A DNA stretch of 64,000 bases from Candidatus Omnitrophota bacterium (GCA_043823745.1 JBDRAN010000056.1:5144-69143), one strand, 5' to 3'; counted from the first letter of the stretch, positions 38,879 to 48,153 are shown. Notes: generated from the sequence alone by a model not told the origin. A program made the numbers and translations.

Positions 38879-40429
38879 GTGATTATTACTATCATGAAAA
38901 AGAAAGTTTTTATCTTCTCGCTTTTATGTTTTTTTTGTTTAAACGCCTATTCGTTTTGGATCTGGTCTCCTAAAACCCAGAAGTGGAAAAATCCAAAATA
39001 TTCTCCGTTGGCAACTCCCTTTTTACAATTTAAAGAAGGTGAGAAGTATTTTGAGGCCAGCGAATATAAGGAAGCATCCGCTGCCTTTAAGAAGCTTCTT
39101 ATTCATTATCCTGATTCCCAGGAGGCCGCAGAATCTCAGTATTATCTTGGCCGATGCCTCGAGGAGATGGGCCAGCCATATCAGGCGTTTCTTGAGTATC
39201 AGAAAGTCATTGACTCATACCCAAACTCCAAGCGCATCAATGAGGCGGTAGAGCGGGAGTATAAAATTGGCGAATATTTCTTGAATCGCGAGTCAAAGCA
39301 ATGGATGGGTGTTACGTTGTATGATTTTGTAGAGCACCCATCGATTGAGATTTTTAAGAAGATTGTTGAGAAGGTCCCTTATTCGGCTCAAGCATCGCAG
39401 GCGGAATATAAATTAGGGCTGTTGCTTATGAAGTTGAGCCGTTTTGATGAAGCGCGAGAAACATTTCAGAAAGTTCTTGATAACTATCCTGATAGCGAAT
39501 GGGCAACGCCGTCGCGATATCAACTGGCAATCGCGACCTCTAAAGCTTCGCCCGGTGTGGGGTATGATTCAACGACGCTGCAGGAGGCTTCAAGGCGCCT
39601 GGATGAGTTTATTAAAAAGCATCCGGATGCTCAGATTTCCTCGCAGGCCGAAGAGCAATTAAAAGAGTTGCGCAATAAAGAAGCGAGGAAAAACTTCGAT
39701 ATTGCTAGTTTTTACGAAAACCAGGATAAATATGAGAGCGCGATTCTTTATTATAAAATGGTGTCCACGCGTTATCCGGACTCTGACTACAATCAGCCCG
39801 CGTTGGAAAAAATAAAAGAATTAAGTCCGCTAGCTGAAGGAAATCTTACTAAGAAAGAGTTTCTTGAGCAGGCGAAACAAGAAGAGCAGGAACGTATTCG
39901 GCAGGCCAAAGAAGCGAAAGCCGGCGAGCGATACCTCCAGAGAGAGAAAAAAAGAGTAGATGCCCTTGCGCGTAAGCACGCGATTATTCAAAAGAATAAA
40001 GAGGAAAAACAGAAAACGGTAGAAGAAAAGAAGGAAAAAAAGAAGAATGCAGCCCAGAAGAAAAAAGCGCTCAAAGCGCAGCAAACTCAGCAGAAGCTCG
40101 AAACGCGCGCCCGTAAGGAAAAAATAAAACAGGAGCTTGCCGCGCAAAAGAAAGCAGAAGCGCAAGGCGCGCTCCGCAAAAAGCGCGAGCGAAAAGAACT
40201 TAAACAGCTGGAAAAGGCTGTGGCAAGAAAAGCTTCACAAACAAAATCTAAGAAAAAGACAATATTTAATTTTTGGAAGTCATCGGTGCGGGAGCCTGCG
40301 ACAACAAACTTCGAGCCTGTGGCTGTCGATGTGGACGAGGCAGCCGCGCAAAAAACTCAAGCGTCAGAAAACGTATCTTCCGCAGAGCTCGCGGCAGGAC
40401 TACCGCAAGGCAGTGAGGTGGAAGAATGA
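38879..40429 (+). CDS. TPR lipoprotein similar to BamD/YfiO, with a C-terminal K/E-rich coiled-coil extension of about 200 aa.
   Basis: Signal peptide, then TPR repeats (YYLGRCLEEMGQPYQAFLEYQKVIDSYPNS...), then KKEKKK-rich low-complexity sequence. Confidence 0.6.
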   Translation: MIITIMKKKVFIFSLLCFFCLNAYSFWIWSPKTQKWKNPKYSPLATPFLQFKEGEKYFEASEYKEASAAFKKLLIHYPDSQEAAESQYYLGRCLEEMGQPYQAFLEYQKVIDSYPNSKRINEAVEREYKIGEYFLNRESKQWMGVTLYDFVEHPSIEIFKKIVEKVPYSAQASQAEYKLGLLLMKLSRFDEARETFQKVLDNYPDSEWATPSRYQLAIATSKASPGVGYDSTTLQEASRRLDEFIKKHPDAQISSQAEEQLKELRNKEARKNFDIASFYENQDKYESAILYYKMVSTRYPDSDYNQPALEKIKELSPLAEGNLTKKEFLEQAKQEEQERIRQAKEAKAGERYLQREKKRVDALARKHAIIQKNKEEKQKTVEEKKEKKKNAAQKKKALKAQQTQQKLETRARKEKIKQELAAQKKAEAQGALRKKRERKELKQLEKAVARKASQTKSKKKTIFNFWKSSVREPATTNFEPVAVDVDEAAAQKTQASENVSSAELAAGLPQGSEVEE

Positions 40430-40950
40430 CGAAGTGGCTGTGGGGTGTTGTATTGGTCGTAAGTCTTTCCGGGTGTGGATACACCACGAAAGGGTTCGTG
40501 TATGAACATGATCGGATTGTCGTTGTGCCGGCGGTCGATAAAATCAGCATTACCGCTGAAAACAGAAAATATTCCCAGTACCAAAGTTATCCCGTGCTGC
40601 TTGAGAAACGTTTTACGAGTGTGCTTGTCGGACGGTTTAACCGCGACGGCCATTTAAAAGTGACGAGTAATAAAGCTGACGCACTTCTCTTGGAATGTGT
40701 TATCACCGATTATCAAAAAGAAGCGGTGCGATATTCCGACAGCGATGACGTGAGAGAGCAGCGCCTGCGTCTGCATGTGCTGATGAAGTTATCGAATGCC
40801 CGGGGCGAGACGATAAAAGAGCGTGATGTGGTGGGCGAATCAAGTTTCTTTCTTGTCGGACCAAACCGCAAAAGCGAAGCGGTTGCCCAGGGTGAACTTA
40901 TCGATGACGCCGCCCGTAGAATCGTGGAAGCAGTTGTTGAAGAATGGTAA
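40426..40950 (+). CDS. lptE: LPS-assembly lipoprotein LptE-like (lipobox LSGCGY).
   Basis: Size, lipobox and position immediately upstream of holA, as in the conserved lptE-holA arrangement. Confidence 0.6.
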   Translation: MTKWLWGVVLVVSLSGCGYTTKGFVYEHDRIVVVPAVDKISITAENRKYSQYQSYPVLLEKRFTSVLVGRFNRDGHLKVTSNKADALLLECVITDYQKEAVRYSDSDDVREQRLRLHVLMKLSNARGETIKERDVVGESSFFLVGPNRKSEAVAQGELIDDAARRIVEAVVEEW

Positions 40951-41633
40951 CGCTTCAAGAGAGACTCTTTTTAATTACCGGCCCCCAATTCTCGCAACGC
41001 CAGCGAGCCCTCGAGGTTATAAAAAAGAAAGTCTTCAGAGATCTTTCCGCATTTAATCTTCTTACCTTTTACGCCGACGATATTGAACTTAACGATTTTA
41101 GCGAGAAGGTCCTGACTGTTTCTTTTGAGGGCGCACGGATTATTCTTATCAGAGACGCGTTACGTTTATCAGCCGAAGTCCGCCAATTTATTTTTGAGAA
41201 TATAAAGAAAATAATTCTTTCAAATTGTATCGCGCTTGAGGTGGAGAAAGAATATAAGCGGTTACAGGAAGAAAAAAAAATTACCACTGATACGCTGTTT
41301 GGTTTGTTCTTCGCGCAGGCCACGATTCTTAAAACGGCGCCCGCCCTCGATGAGCAGGTGACCTTTGAAACCTTCAAAACAAATCTCTTTCGTCGGGACC
41401 TTCCCGGCTCACTCTATGCGCTCCAGGCACTTTTTTCGCAGCGGACGCGCGATGACCGACTCGGGCTTCAGATTTTGGGCCTCTTAATCTCGGCAGGCGC
41501 TCAGGAACGTGACCCCGGGAAAAAGGAAAAAAAAATGATTTATTTGTGGGAAGCGGATAGGGCGATCAAGGAAAAGGGGATAGACTCGCAGACGGTTCTT
41601 TCCGTGGCCCTGACAAAGATACTTAACACATAA
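40944..41633 (+). CDS. holA: DNA polymerase III delta subunit (short).
   Basis: N-terminal LFLITGPQ...IILIRDA pattern, 229 aa. Confidence 0.65.
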   Translation: MVTLQERLFLITGPQFSQRQRALEVIKKKVFRDLSAFNLLTFYADDIELNDFSEKVLTVSFEGARIILIRDALRLSAEVRQFIFENIKKIILSNCIALEVEKEYKRLQEEKKITTDTLFGLFFAQATILKTAPALDEQVTFETFKTNLFRRDLPGSLYALQALFSQRTRDDRLGLQILGLLISAGAQERDPGKKEKKMIYLWEADRAIKEKGIDSQTVLSVALTKILNT

Positions 41634-41690
41634 AACCTTAGCAATGTTCCTGCCTGTAGGCAGGAACGCGTGAATGCTTTGAATTGATGG

Positions 41691-41960
41691 TTATGCTTTA
41701 GACTGGGTATTGAGGAGTTTCGTGAGACGACTTTTCTTACGTGACGCTTTTCTCGGGTGTATCAGATTCTTTGCGGCAGCTTTGTCTAATATGGTATAGA
41801 CTTCGCGTAACGCCTCGGCCTTTACCTTTGAGTCTTTTTCTTCCAGAGCTTTCTTGAATTTCTTGATTGCCGAGGTAATATTGGCTTTAAGGGAGAGATT
41901 TCTTTTGTGCCTCGTTGCGTTTTGACGTAAATCTTTTTTTGCTGCTTTTCTTTGGGGCAT
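41691..41960 (-). CDS. rpsT: 30S ribosomal protein S20.
   Basis: MPQRKAAKKDLRQNATRHKRN..., 89 aa. Confidence 0.9.
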   Translation of the reverse strand: MPQRKAAKKDLRQNATRHKRNLSLKANITSAIKKFKKALEEKDSKVKAEALREVYTILDKAAAKNLIHPRKASRKKSRLTKLLNTQSKA

Positions 41961-42169
41961 ATTTATCTCCTTTTTTCAACGCTAATTTTCACGAATTAAA
42001 GACGAATTCCCACGAATGAAAAGTGGTAATCCGTATCTACGGTACCGTAATAGAGTAAAATTTTATAGGAATAAGCTAAAAGTGTCAAGGGGTTTGTTGT
42101 GCTCTACAAGCTACAAGCCCCAGGTTTAAAGAGCAAAGGGTTTGCTGTTGAGGCTTGTACCTTGCGATT

Positions 42170-42274
42170 TGTAACCTGTGGCTTTGGCATAAGGTTGCCA
42201 AACCACGGCCCTCTGGCCTGTGGCTTTGGCTCATGGAACGAACCCACGGCCCTCTGGCCTGTGGCTTTGCAAAA
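42170..42274. repeat. Copies of the CCACGGCCCTCTGGCCTGTGGCTTTGG mini-hairpin repeat at about 40-bp spacing, upstream of murJ.
   Basis: Same CGGCCCTCTGGCC core as at 37029-37042 and 38551-38756. Confidence 0.8.
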
Positions 42275-43837
42275 ATGTTCAAAAAAGTCATAAAAAATAC
42301 AACTATTATCAGCGCGGGGACGCTTGCGTCACGGGTTCTGGGGTTTATCCGGGATATCTTGATCGCGCGCTTTTTCGGGACTTCGGATATTCTCGAGGCT
42401 TTTTTGGTGGCGTTTCGACTACCCAATATATTTCGCAGCATCTTTGCTGAAGGGTTCACCGACTCGGTGGCAACACCGGTGCTTTCGGAATATCAGAATG
42501 AGCGGGAGAAGCTTTTTGAGGTGGGCAATCATCTCTTGCTCATCTTTTCCATTGTTCTTTCCTGTTTTACAATACTTGGCATTGTTTTTAGCAAGTACCT
42601 TGTATTGGGATTTGCGCCCGGATATGCCGCAAATGTAGAAAAATTTACGCTTGCGGTCTCTTTTACGAAAATTACCTTTATATATCTTTTGTTGATCAGC
42701 CTCTCGAGTATTGCGGTTTCTATTCTCTATGCCCTCAAAAAATTCTTTGTACCCGCGATCAATCCTATATTTCTCAATGTTGTGTTTATTCCGGGGATAC
42801 TTCTGTTTGGTAATTCTTTAAAGACCTATATCCTTGTTATATGCGTGCTGGTGGCAGGGTTTTTTGAATTGCTTTTTCCCTGCGTAGCGCTCGCGCGATA
42901 CGGATTTGTTTTTACGTTCGTGCGCCAAATACGGGATATTCGCGTAAGCGTGGCTACGGCGTTTCGGGATCCTACGATACGCAGAATGCTGAAGTTATTT
43001 CTGCCGCGTGTCTGGTCAAGCGTCGTTTACCATCTGAACGTTTTTCTTGATACGGTATTCGCATCCTTAACATTCATTACCGGCGCCGGCGCGCTTGCCG
43101 GCATTTATTATGCTAACCGGCTCATCCAATTTCCGTTTGCATTGATCGCGCTTGCGATTGCTCCGGTGATCGTCGTTGACTTTTCTTCCTATCATAAGGA
43201 AGGAAACACTCAGGATTTTAAGAAACTTCTCGTTTTTTCATTTCAAAACATTGTTTTCTTTATCGTTCCTGTTTCGGTTGTTTTCGTTTGCATCCCCGAC
43301 ATTATTCTTGATGTCCTTTTTAAGCGCGGGGAGTTTGGCGTTTCATCTCTTGCGATTACGTCGTCGGTTCTTTTCTTCTATTCGTTCGGACTTTTTTTCT
43401 TCTGTCTCATAAAGCTTTTTGTTACTACGTTTTATTCACTTAAAGATACGGTGACTCCCGCGCGCACCGCTACGATCGCGCTTATTATCAACGGCGTCGC
43501 AAGCGCCATACTGATGTTTCCGCTTAAAATCGGCGGCGTGGCGCTTGGAACAAGTCTTGCCGCAATTGTTAACTGTATTCTTTTATACCGAGCTTTGACC
43601 AGGCGGCTTGGGGTGATTGACTGGGGGGATACCGGCAGCCAGTTTATTAAGATTTTAATGGTTAGTGTTCTTTTGGGGGCACTTTCCCGTTTCCTCTGGT
43701 TTATCTTTCCGTTTAATAAGTATTTACGCATTGTTTGTGTCGCCGCAATCTACGGATTTTTCTTTGTGGCAGCAGGCTACCTCTTCAAATTTAAGCAGAT
43801 TCTCTACTGCAAACAATGGATCTTAAAGAAAAGATAA
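42275..43837 (+). CDS. murJ: Lipid II flippase MurJ.
   Basis: Start MFKKVIKN...SRVLGFIRDILIARFFG with 14 TM segments. The upstream part of the track ORF is repeat sequence. Confidence 0.85.
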   Translation: MFKKVIKNTTIISAGTLASRVLGFIRDILIARFFGTSDILEAFLVAFRLPNIFRSIFAEGFTDSVATPVLSEYQNEREKLFEVGNHLLLIFSIVLSCFTILGIVFSKYLVLGFAPGYAANVEKFTLAVSFTKITFIYLLLISLSSIAVSILYALKKFFVPAINPIFLNVVFIPGILLFGNSLKTYILVICVLVAGFFELLFPCVALARYGFVFTFVRQIRDIRVSVATAFRDPTIRRMLKLFLPRVWSSVVYHLNVFLDTVFASLTFITGAGALAGIYYANRLIQFPFALIALAIAPVIVVDFSSYHKEGNTQDFKKLLVFSFQNIVFFIVPVSVVFVCIPDIILDVLFKRGEFGVSSLAITSSVLFFYSFGLFFFCLIKLFVTTFYSLKDTVTPARTATIALIINGVASAILMFPLKIGGVALGTSLAAIVNCILLYRALTRRLGVIDWGDTGSQFIKILMVSVLLGALSRFLWFIFPFNKYLRIVCVAAIYGFFFVAAGYLFKFKQILYCKQWILKKR

Positions 43838-45033
43838 AAACACTCCCCTCTGTATGCGGCGTCTATATCATGAAGGACGTCGTCGCCCAAACGCTCTATG
43901 TCGGCAAGGCTTCTTCGTTGCGTCGTCGTGTCACGAGCTATTTTTCTCCGAACGTTTCCATTAAAACCGGCCTTTTAGTCGATCATATCGCTGATATCGA
44001 ATATATCGAGTGCTCAAGCGAAGAACAGGCGCTTATTTTAGAGGCTGCGCTTATCAAGGAGCGTCAGCCCCGGTATAACGTCTTATTGCGAGACGACAAG
44101 AGCTATCCGTACGTGGAGATGACGTCTGAATTATTTCCTCGGATATTTGTGTCGCGGCCCCGGCGCAAAACTGTGGGTACTTTTTTTGGCCCGTATCCTG
44201 ACGTAACGAAGGTGCGTGCGGTGTTGGTGATGATACGTAAAATTTTTCCGTATCGATCATGTCGCGTAATGCCTAAAACCGCCTGTCTTTTTTATCACCT
44301 TAGATTATGCTGTGCGCCTTGTATCGGAAAAGTCAACATCACCGATTATGCGGCTATAACGGGTGGCGTTGCGCGGGTTTTGGCCGGAGAGCGCCGCGAG
44401 CTTACCGGGGAGTTGGAAAAGAAGATGATCGAGTTTTCAAGCCAACAGCGTTTCGAAGAAGCCAAATTTGTGCACGAGCAGTTGTTGGCACTTGCCGCAT
44501 TGTATCAGGGCCATGTCCTGACCCATGAGTTGATCGCCTTAAAGGAGGCGCTCGGGCTTTCCGTTGTGCCGCTGGTCATTGAGGCGTTTGATATTTCCTG
44601 TTTAAGCGGCTCGCATGCTACCGGGTCGCTGGTGGTATTTCGTGACGGTGTTCCCGATAAAAATAGCTACCGGCGTTATCGCATTAAAGAAGCCAAAGGC
44701 GTTGATGATTATGCGATGATGCGGGAGGTTGTCAGTCGCCGGTATCGGCGCCTGGTCGCGGAGAAAAAGCCGCTTCCCGACTTAATCATTATCGATGGAG
44801 GAAAGTCCCATGTTGAGGCTGTCGCTGGTGTGCTCGTAGCTGGAGCGCGTACGATTCCGCTTATCGGTATTGCCAAGCGTAATGAAGAGATCTGGTTTCC
44901 GCAGGCAAAAGCCCCACTCCTGATCCCGCGACGCGACGCGAGCCTGAAGCTTATTCAGCGGCTGCGTGATGAAGCGCACCGCTTTGCGCGAAAGTACCAT
45001 TTGTTATTGAGAAGGAAGAGATTTATAAAGTAA
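43816..45033 (+). CDS. uvrC: Excinuclease ABC subunit C-like protein, short (GIY-YIG plus central region; no C-terminal (HhH)2).
   Basis: GIY-YIG motif VCGVYIMKD...LYVGKA...YF...EYIE, 405 aa. Confidence 0.7.
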   Translation: MDLKEKIKTLPSVCGVYIMKDVVAQTLYVGKASSLRRRVTSYFSPNVSIKTGLLVDHIADIEYIECSSEEQALILEAALIKERQPRYNVLLRDDKSYPYVEMTSELFPRIFVSRPRRKTVGTFFGPYPDVTKVRAVLVMIRKIFPYRSCRVMPKTACLFYHLRLCCAPCIGKVNITDYAAITGGVARVLAGERRELTGELEKKMIEFSSQQRFEEAKFVHEQLLALAALYQGHVLTHELIALKEALGLSVVPLVIEAFDISCLSGSHATGSLVVFRDGVPDKNSYRRYRIKEAKGVDDYAMMREVVSRRYRRLVAEKKPLPDLIIIDGGKSHVEAVAGVLVAGARTIPLIGIAKRNEEIWFPQAKAPLLIPRRDASLKLIQRLRDEAHRFARKYHLLLRRKRFIK

Positions 45034-45125
45034 ATTAGTATCACGTCGTATGTATCATGTTTTTTTGAGATGTATTATTGATAAGATGTGTTCACGCTGT
45101 ATCATCTCGTCATGCGTTAAACGGT

Positions 45126-45240
45126 TGCGCAGCCCCTCGCGGGACGCACTGGTGTGCAGCCCCTCGTCGGGACGCACTGTCCACCAGGACGTCCTGCTGG
45201 ACTGGTGTGCAGCCCCCTTCGGGACGCGCTGGTGCGCAGC
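45126..45240. repeat. Tandem 27-28-bp repeats (about 3.3 copies) TGYGCAGCCCCTCGYCGGGACGCACTGG, interrupted by the palindrome CCAGGACGTCCTGG. The array is flanked by a TAAACGGTTGCG direct repeat.
   Basis: Direct reading. No spacers, so not CRISPR. Confidence 0.8.
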
Positions 45241-45440
45241 TCGTTACGTCATACGTATTAAACGGTTGCGTCAAAATACTATTAAAAATCAAGACGATCG
45301 ACGCTTGACGTAACCGATACGAGCTTCGCAACCGATAGACGCAACCCGTTACAACCAATAATAAGAACTGTAAACTTGATTCCAAGACTGTACATTTGAG
45401 ACTTGATACGTGATACTTGTTACGTGTGGCGGAGTAAACG

Positions 45441-45710
45441 GTGACTGATTTCGAAAAAAAAGTACTACGGGTTGTTTCTAAAATCCCGCTCGGTGAGGTG
45501 CGTAGTTATAAATGGGTCGCCGAGCGTTGTGGCTCACCCCGTGCCTGGCGGGCAGTGGCAAACGCTTTGCGTAAGAACCCTTTTGTGGTGTTCATTCCCT
45601 GCCACCGGGTTGTGAAATCATCCCGAATAACCGGGGGGTACGCTCTTGGCGGGGCGTTAAAAAAAGATTTAATAAAATTTGAACAAAAAATACGGGATAT
45701 GATACAATAA
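45441..45710 (+). CDS. MGMT-family protein (O6-methylguanine-DNA methyltransferase C-terminal DNA-binding domain only; active site PCHRV).
   Basis: YKWVAERCGSPRAWRAVANAL...IPCHRVV, 89 aa. Confidence 0.75.
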   Translation: MTDFEKKVLRVVSKIPLGEVRSYKWVAERCGSPRAWRAVANALRKNPFVVFIPCHRVVKSSRITGGYALGGALKKDLIKFEQKIRDMIQ

Positions 45711-45764
45711 ATAAGATTCAGAATATTATCAAAAAAAGTATATTTGTTAGACAGGGGGTACCCA

Positions 45765-46835
45765 ATGAAGCTTGATGACGCGCTCGAGACAATGATTGAA
45801 AAGAATATATCGGATTTATTTATCCGTACTAATAGCTGTCCGCGCGGCCGCATTGCCTCTCAGGTCGAGATACTGAATGATACGAGATTGAGTGAGGGGG
45901 ATGTCAAGAACTTCGTACAGGAGCTGATTGCGGGCCGCGACCCCAATGAGCTTACGGAAAAGAAGATGAGCGAATTCACGATTTGGTATCGTGATACCTG
46001 GCGTTTTCGCGTGGGCATTTTTTACCAGCGTAACACCCCGGCAGCGGTCATCAGAAAAATTGACCTTAAGATCCCGCCGTTTGAGAAGCTGAATCTTCCC
46101 GGCGCGGTGCTTGAGAAGTTCTGTCATGAGCGCAGAGGCATGGTGTTGCTTACCGGTATTACCGGCAGCGGTAAATCGACCACCATTGCCAGCATGATCG
46201 AGTATATCAATCAGACGCAGAAGCGGCATGTGATTACGATTGAAGAACCTATAGAATTTACCTTTGATGATAAGAAGTCTATTATTAATCAGCGCGAAAT
46301 CGGCGTTGACGTAGGAAGCTATAAAGATGCGTTGCGGCAATTCACCCTGCATTCGCCCGATGTTATTTATATCGGCAATATCCGTGACGCTGAAACCTGT
46401 TATGCCGCGATTACCGCCGCTGAAATGGGCGTTCTCGTTTTCTCGACCCTGCATACCGTGAATGCTGTCTCAACGATCGAACGCATGATTAATTTTTTCC
46501 CGCCGCACCAGCACACGCTTATCTTAAATCAGCTGGCATTTCTATTAAAAGGTGTTGTATCGCAGCGCTTGCTTCCGCGTTCTGACACGACGGGGCTGAT
46601 GCCGGCGTACGAAGTTATGGTTCTAAGTCCCTCAGTTTCACGTCTTATACGGGAGAATAAGCCCTGGGAAATACCAAAGTACATCTCAACCGGTGATGTG
46701 TACGGCATGATCAGTTTTCACCAGTGCCTGCTTTCGTTGGTAGGCTCGGGAAAGATTTCTCCTCAAACCGCCCTTGAGTACGCCGATAAGAGAGAAGAAC
46801 TCGAAATGGAATTGCGCAATAAAGGGCTGCTCTGA
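45765..46835 (+). CDS. pilT: Type IV pilus retraction ATPase PilT.
   Basis: Walker A GITGSGKSTT, Asp box, His box and the AIRNLIRE-like segment (LIRENK). Confidence 0.85.
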   Translation: MKLDDALETMIEKNISDLFIRTNSCPRGRIASQVEILNDTRLSEGDVKNFVQELIAGRDPNELTEKKMSEFTIWYRDTWRFRVGIFYQRNTPAAVIRKIDLKIPPFEKLNLPGAVLEKFCHERRGMVLLTGITGSGKSTTIASMIEYINQTQKRHVITIEEPIEFTFDDKKSIINQREIGVDVGSYKDALRQFTLHSPDVIYIGNIRDAETCYAAITAAEMGVLVFSTLHTVNAVSTIERMINFFPPHQHTLILNQLAFLLKGVVSQRLLPRSDTTGLMPAYEVMVLSPSVSRLIRENKPWEIPKYISTGDVYGMISFHQCLLSLVGSGKISPQTALEYADKREELEMELRNKGLL

Positions 46836-47032
46836 CCGCGTCCCTATAATCGACCGCGCTTAAAACAAACTTTGAAAATATACTATTATTGGGTGCTGAG
46901 CCGTAAACTATCTTTGCAAACACAAAGATTTTATAATTTGTTAGGAACAAATACTGTAGTATAAGCGCATTATATCGAAAGGCTTGCTGTATTGTGGTTC
47001 GTAGAGCCGGGTATTCCCGGTGTGGTGTTACC

Positions 47033-48130
47033 ATGGAAGAGATACGAAAGATTATTGAAGCCCTACAGGAAGAATTGAAAAATCTCGACAAGCTCCTTAG
47101 GCTTGCCGCCAAGCGTAGCAGGGTCAAGGTGTTGCAGGAGAAAATGGCTGCGCCTGATTTTTGGCAGGATTCCGGTCAAAGCGCAAAGGTTATCGAAGAA
47201 CTCAAGAGCTTAAAGAGTGACGTCGAAGACTGGGATTTATTGTCCGCGAAGGTCGATGAGCTTGGTGAACTTGTCGGTATCGCTGACGCCGCGTATGAAA
47301 AGGAAATGCGCAAGGAGCTTTTAGCCGTAACGCAGGCGCTTGAGAACTTGAAGCTTCGCGTGCTCTTTTGTTCTTCTTTTGATAATTCAAACGCGCTGGT
47401 TGAAATTAATTCCGGTGCCGGCGGGACCGAAGCCTGCGACTGGGCAAGTATGCTGTATCGGATGTACGTTCGCTGGACAGAGGAGAAAAAATTTAACGTT
47501 CGAGTGGTGACTGAAGTTAAAGGCGAAGAGGCGGGTATTAAAAATATAACATTTTTTGTTGAAGGCCGCCGCGCGTATGGGTTGTTGAAGGCCGAACGCG
47601 GAGTGCATCGGCTAGTGCGCGTTTCTCCTTTTGACGCCAATAAGCGTCGCCATACTTCATTTGCGTCGGTAGATGTGAGCCCCGAAATTGAAGATGTTGA
47701 TATTCAGATAAAACCGGAGGATTTAAAGATCGATACGTTTCGAGCCTCCGGCGCCGGAGGCCAACATGTAAATAAAACCGACTCAGCCGTGCGCATGACT
47801 CATATCCCGACCGGGATTATCGTGGGCTCGCAGAATGAGCGATCACAACACCAGAATCGTCAGACAGCGCTGCGAGCCTTAAAAACAAAACTTTATGAAT
47901 TAAAAGAAAAGGAGCGTAAAGAAGAGCTCGTCCAGATATCCGGGACCAAACAGAAGATAGAATGGGGTTCTCAAATCCGCTCCTATGTGCTCTACCCGTA
48001 TCTTTTAGTTAAGGACCATCGTACGGAATACCAGACGCATGACGCCTGGGGGGTACTTGACGGAAAGCTTGATGATTTTATGTACGCGTACCTGCGGCAT
48101 GAGGCAGGAGCGCGCGCATCGGGCGCCTAA
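47033..48130 (+). CDS. prfB: Peptide chain release factor 2, encoded without the usual programmed +1 frameshift.
   Basis: SGAGGTEACDWASMLYRMY, SPF tripeptide (RVSPFD), GGQ (SGAGGQHVNKTDSAVR), 365 aa, one continuous frame. Confidence 0.9.
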   Translation: MEEIRKIIEALQEELKNLDKLLRLAAKRSRVKVLQEKMAAPDFWQDSGQSAKVIEELKSLKSDVEDWDLLSAKVDELGELVGIADAAYEKEMRKELLAVTQALENLKLRVLFCSSFDNSNALVEINSGAGGTEACDWASMLYRMYVRWTEEKKFNVRVVTEVKGEEAGIKNITFFVEGRRAYGLLKAERGVHRLVRVSPFDANKRRHTSFASVDVSPEIEDVDIQIKPEDLKIDTFRASGAGGQHVNKTDSAVRMTHIPTGIIVGSQNERSQHQNRQTALRALKTKLYELKEKERKEELVQISGTKQKIEWGSQIRSYVLYPYLLVKDHRTEYQTHDAWGVLDGKLDDFMYAYLRHEAGARASGA

Positions 48131-48153
48131 GCGCCAAGGAGACAAATAAGACT

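Noticed and set aside
42085-42274. The upstream 40 codons of the murJ track ORF, and the antisense ORF 42085..42459.
   Set aside because: The sequence is the CGGCCCTCTGGCC repeat region (translation PLACGF repeated). The real murJ start is at 42275 (MFKKVIKN...).
45126-45240. Possible CRISPR array (regular 27-28-bp repeats).
   Set aside because: The repeats abut one another directly with no unique spacers, there are only about 3 copies, and no cas genes lie nearby. It is better described as a minisatellite or operator array.
47033-47120. Looked for the programmed +1 frameshift site (CTT TGA C) in prfB.
   Set aside because: The ORF is continuous with no in-frame UGA, so there is no frameshift here.
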